Shown here piece by piece: positions 1 through 9,569 of a DNA stretch of 64,000 nt. A program made the translations under genes and the position numbers. Origin of the DNA: Candidatus Fimenecus sp. (GTDB lineage: Bacteria > Bacillota > Clostridia > Oscillospirales > Acutalibacteraceae); the NCBI GenBank assembly GCA_045594885.1, contig JAZNZJ010000026.1, positions 3,754 through 67,753 on the forward strand. The letters run 5' to 3'. Each line of letters opens with the position of its first letter. Position 1 is the stretch's first letter. The notes under the pieces are model-generated. The model was not told the origin of the DNA, made no database searches, and saw only the letters and a list, made by a program, of their open reading frames with translations.

Positions 1-840
1 TTTATTTTCAATTAATTGACAACGACTACAACTTCTTGTAGCTAATCCGCCATGTTCACAGTTGCTAATATCATTTTCCCATTCACACCAGGCATGTCCC
101 AATGCTTCAATTACTTCAGTTTCTTCATATCCGCAGAGCAAACAGTAACGATGTTTTTGACCTTCACTTTCGCACTCTGGGTGGTGCACCTCTTGCCACT
201 CTGAAAAAGAATGTTCTTGATTTAATGTTGATACTTCACCATAGTCTTTGCACCGTGTACAATATTTCACTGTGTAAACAGTACCTGTTGCATCTGTTAC
301 TACAGTCTCTTTATAATTATGCGGACTTTGTTTACACATAAGCGCTGATGTGGTAACACCTACTTTTTGAATCGCTTCATACACATCTTTTTGACAACTA
401 TTACAATATGCCTTTTTTATTCCGAACTGCTCTTCTGTTGCTTCTATAATAATTTCACCAGACTCTGTCGTCTCGCAGCCTTCACCATATTCATGATGTC
501 CATCAGGTTCAAGAACTAGTTGCTCAGTATGTGAGCACCCTTCATTTTTACAAACGTTTTCAATGTAACCATTTGCATTACATGTAGCATCGACTCTACG
601 CTGATATGTCATTGAGTGACCTGTTGCCTTAGCTACACCATTTTCAACAAAGCCACAAATAGTACAAGTTCTAATTTGTGTTCCGTCATCTACACAAGTA
701 GCTGCTATTTCAGTGGTCCATTCACCAAACACATGTGCATCTTCCGCACACTCTTCAGCATATGTGTGAATATGAGCCAAAGGTAATGCCGTAAAAACTA
801 ATACTAATGAAAGTAGAATAGACAACAATTTTTTCTTCAT
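1..840 (-). CDS. Secreted cysteine-rich repeat protein, N-terminal part (runs off the window start)
   Basis: Absent from the ORF track because no stop lies in the window. The minus frame is open from ATG 840-838 down to base 1. N-terminus MKKKLLSILLSLVLVFTALPLAHIH looks like a signal peptide. It is followed by ~40-aa repeats with the pattern C-x3-G-x5-C-x2-C(G)...GH (e.g. ATCVDDGTQIRTCTICG...ATGH, PECESEGQKHRYCLLCG...ALGH). Confidence 0.6.
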   Translation of the reverse strand, partial: MKKKLLSILLSLVLVFTALPLAHIHTYAEECAEDAHVFGEWTTEIAATCVDDGTQIRTCTICGFVENGVAKATGHSMTYQRRVDATCNANGYIENVCKNEGCSHTEQLVLEPDGHHEYGEGCETTESGEIIIEATEEQFGIKKAYCNSCQKDVYEAIQKVGVTTSALMCKQSPHNYKETVVTDATGTVYTVKYCTRCKDYGEVSTLNQEHSFSEWQEVHHPECESEGQKHRYCLLCGYEETEVIEALGHAWCEWENDISNCEHGGLATRSCSRCQLIENK

Positions 841-949
841 AAAATCCCCTTCTTGTTTTTTCTACAACACAATTTTCCTACGATTTAATTTTACCACTTT
901 AAATAAATTAGTCAAGATTAAAAGCAAAAAGTTCAACAGCCTGTGATAT

Positions 950-988
950 GCAAAATAACAAAACTCCCTATGAATTATAGGGAGTTTT
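950..988 (-). terminator. Intrinsic terminator downstream of the metallophosphoesterase gene
   Basis: Hairpin aaactccctat/gaatt/atagggagttt (961-987). On the minus-strand RNA it is followed by a U-rich run (uuuuguuauuuu). Confidence 0.6.
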
Positions 989-996
989 GTTTGTAC

Positions 997-2385
997 TTAT
1001 TTTGAGAAAACGCCTTTCCAGTCACTTGGCGGTGCATCATAAAGCACACCATCAAGTATAATATCGAGAATTTCTGCTATATCTTCAGTTCCTTTTTTTA
1101 ATTTGAAAATTTTCTTTATTCTCTTGTTAAAAAGTGCTGAAACAGCTTTATATTCAGGTGTGTCAGGTGTATATGGCTCATCACCCACGAACACATTTGT
1201 TACTGCCTCTAAAAGAAAATCTTTAACATTTCTATTTTTTATTGAGGCATCTACATCTTTACTGATTGCGAATATTTTACCAATTGTTCCAAATGTGGCT
1301 TTTTGCAAAAACTTACCGAATGGAACAAGAACGGGTTTTGCTTTATATACTTTTTCGGGTGTCATACTGAAAGATGTTGAAAGTTCTGCCAACTTGTCAA
1401 TGTCATAAGCCATTGAATCAAAAATCGCATTTAAGAATTCAAGAAAATTCTCTTTTGTGTATTCGTCAACACTCTTACCTTTCAAATCCCAATTGAAATT
1501 GTCAATTTTTACACTATCAACATAAACTTCAGTATCGGTCATCTTTACTTTTCTCATTGCATTTGGGTAACCAACCGCTGAACAAGTGTTGATGTCATAA
1601 AAATCATTACCCTTTTTGGTTGTCATTTTTGCAATGTTCATCATATGGGTGTGACCTGTAAAGATAAATTTCACACCATTATTTGCAAGGAATTCCGATG
1701 TTTTTTCAAAATCACCAAGCATATCACGACGACTAAAGTAAGGATAAATAGGGCTTGGTGGCAATACTGGGTGATGTGTCACCGCAAAAATATAGTCCCC
1801 ACTTGCCTTTGCGTCGTCAATCTGCTCTTTAATCCATTCAAGGCAATCATCATAATAGCCACAGAAAAATTCGTCGCCATCATCATTAAGACAGAGCAAT
1901 CTGTACCCCTCTTGCAGCTGTACGCAATATGAATGACTGGGCTTATGTAATGAAATTGCCTCTGAAATACCGAAATCCTTATAGATTTCTAAAAGTTCAT
2001 CACGTTCTGTACGAGTGGCGGTCAAAATCTCATCACCCACACATTTTTCTGCCTTACCCGTACCGTTGCCGTTTTCCATATAATAATCGTGAGTGCCCGT
2101 TGTGAGATAAACCTTTTTACCGGCATCCTTTAGCCTTTGCAATTTTGGAATTAAGTCAAAATGACTTTCTTTTGCCCCGTTACAAGTGACGTCACCTGTG
2201 ATAAGAACAATATTAGTTTCTGTATCTTCAATGATTTTGTCGAAGTAGGCATCAATCATTGCACCCGTTTCTGCGAGGCACTTTTGGTCTGAAAGACAGA
2301 TTTTCTCAAATGCTTTGCCCTCTGTACCCAATTCGAGTGCATAGTGGTGCAAGTCCGTAATCTGATAAAACTTTAAATCTTCCAT
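997..2385 (-). CDS. Calcineurin-like metallophosphoesterase
   Basis: Motifs DLHH, GDVTCNG, GTHD, VTHHP, GHTHMM. The track start at 2403 is GTG. ATG at 2385 lies 1 nt after the upstream stop and is preferred. Confidence 0.8.
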   Translation of the reverse strand: MEDLKFYQITDLHHYALELGTEGKAFEKICLSDQKCLAETGAMIDAYFDKIIEDTETNIVLITGDVTCNGAKESHFDLIPKLQRLKDAGKKVYLTTGTHDYYMENGNGTGKAEKCVGDEILTATRTERDELLEIYKDFGISEAISLHKPSHSYCVQLQEGYRLLCLNDDGDEFFCGYYDDCLEWIKEQIDDAKASGDYIFAVTHHPVLPPSPIYPYFSRRDMLGDFEKTSEFLANNGVKFIFTGHTHMMNIAKMTTKKGNDFYDINTCSAVGYPNAMRKVKMTDTEVYVDSVKIDNFNWDLKGKSVDEYTKENFLEFLNAIFDSMAYDIDKLAELSTSFSMTPEKVYKAKPVLVPFGKFLQKATFGTIGKIFAISKDVDASIKNRNVKDFLLEAVTNVFVGDEPYTPDTPEYKAVSALFNKRIKKIFKLKKGTEDIAEILDIILDGVLYDAPPSDWKGVFSK

Positions 2386-2386
2386 A

Positions 2387-3784
2387 TTATTCACCCGATG
2401 CACGTTTTTCTATAATGTAATCGTGAACCTTGTCAGCAAGTTCGCCGTAAACCTTGAACTTTTTGCGGAACACAATAAGAGAGGCAATGAAAAATAACAT
2501 TGGCACACCGAAACAGATAATGCCGATACCTGTTTTTGTTGTATCATTAAGCCCGATATTTGCAGTAATCTGCTCATTGTAGTTCATCAATCCAAGACCA
2601 CCAAAAAGCACAATTGTCTGGATTGTGTAAGCCATTTTCTGCAAAAAGCCTTTCATTGAGAAAGTGATGCTCTCATTTCTCTCGCCGTTTTTGTATTCAC
2701 CATAGTCAACAATGTCGGCAAGGAAAATAGTCTGTGACACAAACATTGAAGAAACACCAACAGAGGCGAGAATGTAGCAAATATCCATAATAATAACATT
2801 GAGTTTAAGAATAGGACCTGTAATAAGCATTAAAGCATAACCCAGAGTTGCTGTGCAAAGTGAAATTGTATATGTCTGTCTTTTTGTAAACCATTTTGAA
2901 AGCACCGGCACAACCAAAAGACCTAAAACAGAACCAATCGTACCAATCAACTGGAATGTTGATTGTAATTCTGAATCACCAAGAGTGTCAGTAAAATAGT
3001 AAACTGCCGTTGAGCTTGTTAGATACCAGCCTGCATTTGAAAGCATAGCGAATACAATGAAAACTACAAGTTGGTCGTTGTTCTTGATAACATTAAAAAT
3101 CTGTTTAAGGCTAAATTTTTTCTTTTCACCATAAACAACATTTGTTTCTTTTGTTATAAGCACACAAACAAGCGCAAAGAAAACAAGTGCAATACCGCAA
3201 ATTCCTGCCCAACGGGAAAACCCACTCGCACTATAACCGTCTTTATCGGTAATACCACTTGAAAGCAACGGACAAAGCTTTGGTGTGAGAATTGAAATAA
3301 TTCCCTGACCGATGCCCGAAAATGAACGAGCAACGGTTGCAACAAGATTTCTCTCTTTTTCTTCACTTGTGAATGAGGGCACCATTGACCAATATGGAAT
3401 ATCAGCCATTGTGTTTGTCATACCCCAAAGCACATACATAACTGCTATGTAAATATACAGTGGAAGTCCACTCATACCAAATGATGTAAACAAAAGGAAA
3501 AGTACAACTGCGTTACACAAAGCACCAATTAAAATCCACGGTCTGTATTTACCGTGTTTGGTTCTTGTATTGTCAACGATTGTACCCATCATTGGGTCAT
3601 TGATACCGTCCCATATTCGAGCAAGTGGAGTAATAAGAAGCAAAAAGCCTTCTTGCAGACCTAACACACTTGAAAGATAATAAGAAAGATATGAATAGAA
3701 CATACCATAACTCAAATCAAGACCGATTGCACCTACACCATATCCCAACGCAGTGCCTAAAATTGATTTCTTTTTAGTTGCCAT
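2387..3784 (-). CDS. GPH-family glycoside/pentoside/hexuronide:cation symporter (MFS)
   Basis: About 12 predicted TM segments. The GPH signature-like stretch is GINDPMMGTIVDNTRTKHGKYRPW. A strong SD (GAGGTGAGGG) lies upstream. Confidence 0.8.
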   Translation of the reverse strand: MATKKKSILGTALGYGVGAIGLDLSYGMFYSYLSYYLSSVLGLQEGFLLLITPLARIWDGINDPMMGTIVDNTRTKHGKYRPWILIGALCNAVVLFLLFTSFGMSGLPLYIYIAVMYVLWGMTNTMADIPYWSMVPSFTSEEKERNLVATVARSFSGIGQGIISILTPKLCPLLSSGITDKDGYSASGFSRWAGICGIALVFFALVCVLITKETNVVYGEKKKFSLKQIFNVIKNNDQLVVFIVFAMLSNAGWYLTSSTAVYYFTDTLGDSELQSTFQLIGTIGSVLGLLVVPVLSKWFTKRQTYTISLCTATLGYALMLITGPILKLNVIIMDICYILASVGVSSMFVSQTIFLADIVDYGEYKNGERNESITFSMKGFLQKMAYTIQTIVLFGGLGLMNYNEQITANIGLNDTTKTGIGIICFGVPMLFFIASLIVFRKKFKVYGELADKVHDYIIEKRASGE

Positions 3785-3971
3785 TGTTAACCCTCACCTC
3801 GTTAATTACCTTTTTCATTTCATCCTCTATCTCAGGAAATTCACGGGAATAATCGCCCTGCTTTTCCTGATATTTTGAAAGTGCAAGACTTAACACACCC
3901 ACCGTTGCCGTAACAAGCGGTACGTAATGCGCAAGTTTAAATGCGGTTTTTATTACTTTTTTAGCATCCAT
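3774..3971 (-). CDS. Small hypothetical membrane protein
   Basis: 65-aa ORF with one hydrophobic segment (YVPLVTATVGVLSLAL). Its ATG directly follows the murE stop and it overlaps the transporter start, which suggests translational coupling. Confidence 0.4.
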   Translation of the reverse strand: MDAKKVIKTAFKLAHYVPLVTATVGVLSLALSKYQEKQGDYSREFPEIEDEMKKVINEVRVNNGN

Positions 3972-5477
3972 TTATTTGCCCTGTCTTTCGTCATATTCCT
4001 TTAAATATTTCTGTGCAAAAAATGCATCGGATTCATACGGTTCAGAAGCAAGTCCTCGCTTTTGATGAGTTTCTGCACCCTTACCCGCAAGAATTATCAC
4101 ACTTTCGCTCCTTGCTTCTTCAATTGCTGTTTTAATGGCTTCACCACGGTCAGCGATAATTTTATATTTATTCTTACCACCGACACCCTCAACATAACCC
4201 GCAATCACATTGCAAATATCAAGAACATTTTCTTCTGCGGGGTCATCTTCGGTAATATAAATGAAATCGGCAAACTTGCCACTGACCTCACCCATATCTT
4301 TTCGACGGATAATCGCTTTATTGCCCGGACAACCGAATACAATTGCAACGTGTCTGTTAGGATATTCCTTGCGTACCGACTGTAAAAGAGTTTCAAAACT
4401 CAACTTGTTGTGAGCATAATCCACGATTGCGGCGATTTTCTTGTCTGCACTCTCATACACTTCCATTCGACCTGCGGTATGGGAATTGTAAAGTCCTTGA
4501 CGAATTGTATTTACGTCTATTCCCAATTTTTCGCAGACTGCAATAGCACAAAGTGCGTTACTTACGTTGAAAAGACCCGGAATTGAAAGTGCAAAGTCTT
4601 CATTGAAAGATTTTGTTTTGACTGTGAAGACGGTATTTGAACCGTCTTTTCTTATATTGTAACCATAAACATCGGCATTTTCATTTTGCGTACTGAATGT
4701 TATAACCTCGGGGGCATTTTTTGATGCTTGAATTACATCTTCACTCTTATCGGAATCAAGATTTATTACAGCCGTTCTGCACTGTGAAAAAAGCTTCATT
4801 TTAGAATTGAAATAATCATCAAAATCGGGATGTTCAACTGCACTTATGTGGTCAATTCCAATATTTAAGTAGCAACCGAACTGAAACTCAACCCCCGCAG
4901 TTCTACCATATTTCAAAGCCTGTGAAGAAACCTCCATAGTGAAAAGCGAAAGTCCGCTTTTCACCGCATTGTCGAAATGCTTATGAAGTTCAAATGGCTC
5001 GGGAGTTGTCAGTGTGCTTTCTTCATTCACCACACCGTCATAGATTTCAAGCGTGGACATAAGTCCGCTTTTTTTACCACTTGACTTTAGATGCTCATCA
5101 AAAATATATTTAAGAAAATATGCAGTAGTGCTTTTGCCCTTTGTACCCGTGATACCTACAAGATTCAACTTTTGCCACGCATTACCGTAAAAGAAATTCG
5201 CCATTAAATACATCGCCTTACGAATGTCAGAAACAATAATAGATGGTGCATCAACGTCATATTTTTTCATTGAAACATAAGCCACCGAGCCCTTATTCAA
5301 TGCGTCGCATAAAAACTGCTCTTTGAAATGAAGCCCCTTGCACAAGAATAATGTGTTGCCCTCTATGTCACGGGAATTGTATGAAATATAGCCGATTTCT
5401 GTGCTTTCGTCACAGTCGGCAGAAATCAGTATTCCATTGTCTTTGAAAAGGTCAATAAAAGCGTTGAGTTTAAACAT
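3972..5477 (-). CDS. murE: UDP-N-acetylmuramoyl-L-alanyl-D-glutamate--diamino acid ligase (MurE)
   Basis: Mur ligase P-loop GITGTKGKSTT, with domain order typical of MurE. The track start at 5489 is TTG; ATG at 5477 is preferred. Specificity (DAP versus Lys) was not determined. Confidence 0.88.
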   Translation of the reverse strand: MFKLNAFIDLFKDNGILISADCDESTEIGYISYNSRDIEGNTLFLCKGLHFKEQFLCDALNKGSVAYVSMKKYDVDAPSIIVSDIRKAMYLMANFFYGNAWQKLNLVGITGTKGKSTTAYFLKYIFDEHLKSSGKKSGLMSTLEIYDGVVNEESTLTTPEPFELHKHFDNAVKSGLSLFTMEVSSQALKYGRTAGVEFQFGCYLNIGIDHISAVEHPDFDDYFNSKMKLFSQCRTAVINLDSDKSEDVIQASKNAPEVITFSTQNENADVYGYNIRKDGSNTVFTVKTKSFNEDFALSIPGLFNVSNALCAIAVCEKLGIDVNTIRQGLYNSHTAGRMEVYESADKKIAAIVDYAHNKLSFETLLQSVRKEYPNRHVAIVFGCPGNKAIIRRKDMGEVSGKFADFIYITEDDPAEENVLDICNVIAGYVEGVGGKNKYKIIADRGEAIKTAIEEARSESVIILAGKGAETHQKRGLASEPYESDAFFAQKYLKEYDERQGK

Positions 5478-5665
5478 TTCGTTCACCAAAATCCCTACAA
5501 TAATCTAAATTATATGATAACACATTTAATGGTAATATGCAATTAAAATATTACGGCGGGCTACAGACATAAACCCTACCATATAAACATTTAATTACGA
5601 TTCTTCACGTTGTTCATAATGACAAGCATTCTCTCAACAAATTGGGGGTTGTCGGGTTGTTTTAT

Positions 5666-5773
5666 GTGACACCTCATCCACCGCAAGCGGTCCCCCTTCA
5701 CCTCAAGGGGAAGGCAAAATCAAGGCTTTTCCTTGAGGAGAAGCTGTCAGCGAAGCTGACTGATGAGGTGTAA
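5666..5773. repeat. ~105-nt multi-hairpin palindromic intergenic element (REP-like)
   Basis: Closing 10-bp inverted repeat acacctcatc (5669-5678) / gatgaggtgt (5762-5771). Internal hairpins: accgc-aa-gcggt, cccctt-cacctc-aagggg, cctcaagg/ccttgagg, gtcagc-gaa-gctgac. A partial copy lies at 20998-21022. Confidence 0.55.
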
Positions 5774-5802
5774 AAACAATTAGACACTTTCAACTTTATG
5801 GC

Positions 5803-5831
5803 AAAAATAATGGCGGGGTCTTTGCCCCGCC
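5803..5831 (-). terminator. GC hairpin (REP family 2) acting as terminator after the 5849-6538 gene
   Basis: ggcgggg-tctttg-ccccgcc (5812-5831), followed on the minus RNA by auuauuuuug. The same hairpin family occurs at 52955-53026. Confidence 0.5.
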
Positions 5832-5848
5832 CTACTGAAAAACTTAAA

Positions 5849-6538
5849 TTATATCTTCTCTCCTGTTTCGGCATTGATTACATCTTTAAAAATTGCACGG
5901 TGAGTGCCTGAAATGTACTTATCAATATGAAGTGAGCCGAAAAACCATTTCTTGAATTTACAGTTACCGCTGAGTTCCTCAAAATATGCATTGAGTGCGG
6001 TCACACGAAATTCTGACGTATCATTAAGATTTAAAAAATTCTTAACCTTTAAGGGTGGCTCGTGAGTGATAATCATATCAATATCATACCCTGCGACCTC
6101 AAGATTTTCAGCACCTTCTAAAAGTTCCTCTTGAGTTGGAATTTCATCTTTTGACCAAGCATTCACATCACGGCGAATATCAATGTCGGCACTTTCGCCA
6201 CCGCCCATTGTGAAAATTTTCTTGCCCTCAATCTCAAAAATCTGCCCACGCATAAGATGATACAAATTGCCGTAAATCTTATGCACCTTACCGCCATTCC
6301 ATTGACTGATTTCATAGTCATTGAGCAAATCAAAATTTTCGTGAGTACCGTCAATAAAGCAGATATTATATTTTCTCTTGCCGAGCGAAATTAAATAATC
6401 CTGCTCAGATTTTGAATTATTCCACATAAAACCGAAATCGCCACAGATTATAAGTGTATCTCCCTCTTTTAAATTGCGGAGTTTCCATTTTGAAAGTCTT
6501 TTTTGGTCACCGTGAGTATCCCCTGTAATATAAATCAT
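5849..6538 (-). CDS. Metallophosphoesterase family protein
   Basis: Motifs ITGDTHGD, GDFGFMW, DGTHENFD, ITHEPP. ATG at 6538 has an SD (AAAGGAA, 8-nt spacer). The track start at 6577 has none. Confidence 0.75.
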   Translation of the reverse strand: MIYITGDTHGDQKRLSKWKLRNLKEGDTLIICGDFGFMWNNSKSEQDYLISLGKRKYNICFIDGTHENFDLLNDYEISQWNGGKVHKIYGNLYHLMRGQIFEIEGKKIFTMGGGESADIDIRRDVNAWSKDEIPTQEELLEGAENLEVAGYDIDMIITHEPPLKVKNFLNLNDTSEFRVTALNAYFEELSGNCKFKKWFFGSLHIDKYISGTHRAIFKDVINAETGEKI

Positions 6539-6619
6539 ATAAAAAATTCCTTTTTCTGTATTGGATATTATTTGCAATTGTGATATACTTATTCTATAAC
6601 TTTCTTATGCATTTTTCAA

Positions 6620-7954
6620 GTGGGTGATTTTTTGAAAAATTTTATATCTCTTATTCTTACCTTAATGATTTTTATGGGTATGTTTACAATAAGCTCAAGT
6701 GCCGCTTTCAATTCTTTATTAGAAACTGAGGCGGATATTGTTCTGCTTGTTAATTTAGACAGTGACACTGTTATATTTGACAAAAATGCCGACAAACGCA
6801 GTGCACCCGCATCATTGACTAAAATTGTAACCTGTATGGTTGTTCTTGAGAATTGTGAAGATTTGTCAACACCCCTTACCTGCACAAGAGAGAATATTGA
6901 AGGACTTTATCTTTTAAACCCCTCAACCGCAGCCATTCAAGTTGGCGACACACTCACAGTTGAACAGCTTCTTTACGGTCTTATGCTTCCGTCAGGTGCA
7001 GATGCCGCTAATATTCTTGCTGATTATATTGGCGGAACACGTGAAAACTTTGTTGTAATGATGAATGATTTTGTAAAATCTTTGGGCTGTGAGAATTCTA
7101 ATTTCATCAACGTTCACGGGCTTGACGGTGACGGCAGTGCATATACAACCGCAAACGACCTTTACAAAATAACAAAATATGCACTTCAAAATTCTACCTT
7201 TAAAGAAATCGTAAGCACTACGAAATATCAAGTACCAATAAAGAGTTACCCTTACTACAACACGAATAAAATGATGAATCCCGCATATAAAGACTATTAT
7301 AGCCCCTATATTTCAGGTGTTAAAACGGGTACTACCGACCTTGCGGGTCATTGTGTCGTTTCAACTGCCTCAAAAGACGGCTACAACTATTTACTTGTTG
7401 TGATGAATGCACCACAGTATGACATCGACAACGATGGTGTCGAAGAAAACGTTGCATTCACCGACAGCAAAAAAATCTATGAATGGGCATTTGATAATAT
7501 TGTGCTTACCAAGGTTACAACCACAACTGATGTTGTGACCGTTATTGACATTGAATACAACTGGAAAGTTGACCATTTAAGACTCTTGCCCGCAAAAGAG
7601 ATTTCTGCCTTTGTTCCTCTTGGCACAGAGTCAGGCAGTCTTGTAATAAGACCCATTGAGTCTGAAACTCCAAAAGTAGTAAAAGCACCTGTTAAAAAGG
7701 GTGATGTGTTAGGCAAAGCCGAAATTCTTTATGGTGAAGACGTTGTTGCAACAGTTGACCTTGTTGCCGCAGAAGATGTTGACCGTGATTTTCTTCTTTG
7801 GGTATTCAGCGGAATTAAAACAATTTTTTCATCAACAATTTTTAAAATTCTCTTTGCACTTTTCATTGTGCTTGTGATTATTTATATTATCCTCATTATC
7901 CGCAAAAACAGAATAAAATCCAAAAGAAAAAAGATTAAAATGATTAAAGGTTAA
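6620..7954 (+). CDS. D-alanyl-D-alanine carboxypeptidase (serine-type, PBP5/S11-like) with C-terminal TM anchor
   Basis: Signal-like N-terminus and SxxK motif ASLTK. C-terminal hydrophobic segment FKILFALFIVLVIIYIILII is followed by a basic tail. The GTG start is uncertain. Confidence 0.8.
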   Translation: MGDFLKNFISLILTLMIFMGMFTISSSAAFNSLLETEADIVLLVNLDSDTVIFDKNADKRSAPASLTKIVTCMVVLENCEDLSTPLTCTRENIEGLYLLNPSTAAIQVGDTLTVEQLLYGLMLPSGADAANILADYIGGTRENFVVMMNDFVKSLGCENSNFINVHGLDGDGSAYTTANDLYKITKYALQNSTFKEIVSTTKYQVPIKSYPYYNTNKMMNPAYKDYYSPYISGVKTGTTDLAGHCVVSTASKDGYNYLLVVMNAPQYDIDNDGVEENVAFTDSKKIYEWAFDNIVLTKVTTTTDVVTVIDIEYNWKVDHLRLLPAKEISAFVPLGTESGSLVIRPIESETPKVVKAPVKKGDVLGKAEILYGEDVVATVDLVAAEDVDRDFLLWVFSGIKTIFSSTIFKILFALFIVLVIIYIILIIRKNRIKSKRKKIKMIKG

Positions 7955-7979
7955 AATCTATAAGTTTGGAGGAGTTTTT

Positions 7980-9569
7980 ATGGCAGCTTCAAAGGCAATT
8001 CCACGTGCACGTACACCGCAGAGTGCGGGAGTTTCTGCTAAAATTGTAAATGATTTTCTTGCAGAAGCTAAAAACAGAGATTTAGAGTACCACTCACTTA
8101 TGGTTGTGAGAAATGGCAAGGTTGCAGTTGAATGGTACAACGAGCCATATGACAAGAATACTACCCATATGGTTTATTCTGTCAGCAAATCTTTCACTTC
8201 AACCGCAATCGGATTTGCAATAAGTGAAGGGCTTATTTCTCTTGATGATAAGCTTCTTGACTTTTTTCCCGACTATGCTCCCAAAAAGGCTGACGAAAGA
8301 TTTGAAAAACTCACAATCCGCAATCTGTTGAGAATGAGTAGCGGTAAGCAACCGAGTTTTCTCTCTGACAAAGCAAAAATTGATTGGATTGAGGATTATA
8401 TCAATTCACCATGGGTTTTTGAACCCGGTGAAAAATTCCTTTACATAAATGAAAATATTTTTATGCTCTCGGCAATTATCAATCGTGTAACAGGTATGTG
8501 TATGCGTGACTACCTTGAGCCCCGTCTTTTTGAGCCATTGGGTATTGATTATCCCGTATGGGAAACTGACCGTAATGGTATTGAAGCAGGCGGTTGGGGT
8601 CTTTACATAAAAACCGAGGACTTGGCAAAATTTATGCTCTGCTATCTTAAGGGCGGTAAATATAAGGGCAAACAGATTATTCCTGCCGAATGGGTAAAAG
8701 AGGCAACAAGTGTTCAGATTGATAACTCATATAACCGACCCGGCACTGATTCGTCAGTGGGCTATGGCTATTGCTTCTGGATGAACAAAATGGGCGGTTG
8801 CCGTGCCGACGGAATGTTTTCACAATTCGGCATCACTTTCCCCGAATACAATGCGGTAGTGGTATGTACTGCTTCAATCCCCGTTGAGCAGGACGGTCTT
8901 GACTGCATTTGGGATTTCTTCCCCAAGGCATTTCTTGAAATCGAGGACGAAGCAAAATTTGAAACAGAGCCCGCAACCCCACCTGCATTCAGTGAACACC
9001 CCGCACGTGAGGACGAAATCAACAACAGATATATTAAATTCCGCAAAAAGATTTTACTTGATTTAGTGGGATTTCCGGTAAGTGTACTGCCCATGGCAAT
9101 TACTTATATGATGTCTGACAAAGCGGGTAATATTGATATGGTCAAATTCGATTTTGACGGTGAAGAATGCACATTCAAATGGAGTGAGGGCGACGAAACC
9201 AATAAAATCCCGTTGGGCATGGACGGTCATTACAGATATTCCACAATGACTCTCGGTAAAACAGAATTTAAAGTGTGTGCAAATGCTACATGGCTTGATG
9301 ACAACAATCTTCTTGTTTCAATAAGACCTATTCAAACCGTGGGCAAGAGAAATCTTTTATTTAATTTCTTACCCAAGGATAAAGTTACAATGATGCCTTC
9401 AAGCACACCTTATGTGGGCGATATTTTGTCATCATTGGGCGGTTTCTTTGACCAGATAATCCCGATTAAGCCTTTGTGCGAAGCTTTCAAGAAATTCTTA
9501 CAATTGCTTCCCCCACTTGTTGAGCCCAAGCATTACGGAAAATTTATTGAGGGCAGAAAAGATAAATGA
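7980..9569 (+). CDS. Serine hydrolase, beta-lactamase (class C/PBP4*-like) family
   Basis: SxxK motif YSVSKSFTS near the N-terminus, typical of this fold. SD GGAGGAG lies upstream of the ATG. Confidence 0.8.
   Translation: MAASKAIPRARTPQSAGVSAKIVNDFLAEAKNRDLEYHSLMVVRNGKVAVEWYNEPYDKNTTHMVYSVSKSFTSTAIGFAISEGLISLDDKLLDFFPDYAPKKADERFEKLTIRNLLRMSSGKQPSFLSDKAKIDWIEDYINSPWVFEPGEKFLYINENIFMLSAIINRVTGMCMRDYLEPRLFEPLGIDYPVWETDRNGIEAGGWGLYIKTEDLAKFMLCYLKGGKYKGKQIIPAEWVKEATSVQIDNSYNRPGTDSSVGYGYCFWMNKMGGCRADGMFSQFGITFPEYNAVVVCTASIPVEQDGLDCIWDFFPKAFLEIEDEAKFETEPATPPAFSEHPAREDEINNRYIKFRKKILLDLVGFPVSVLPMAITYMMSDKAGNIDMVKFDFDGEECTFKWSEGDETNKIPLGMDGHYRYSTMTLGKTEFKVCANATWLDDNNLLVSIRPIQTVGKRNLLFNFLPKDKVTMMPSSTPYVGDILSSLGGFFDQIIPIKPLCEAFKKFLQLLPPLVEPKHYGKFIEGRKDK

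Noticed and set aside
102-341. 79-aa plus-strand ORF at the window start.
   Set aside because: It is antisense to the open minus-strand frame encoding the Cys-repeat secreted protein, which has a clear signal peptide and repeat structure.
5666-5773. Possible tRNA or other known small-RNA gene in the murE upstream spacer.
   Set aside because: There is no cloverleaf, no anticodon-arm geometry and no conserved T-loop (GTTCxAxxC). Fragments recur elsewhere in the window, so it behaves as a dispersed repeat.
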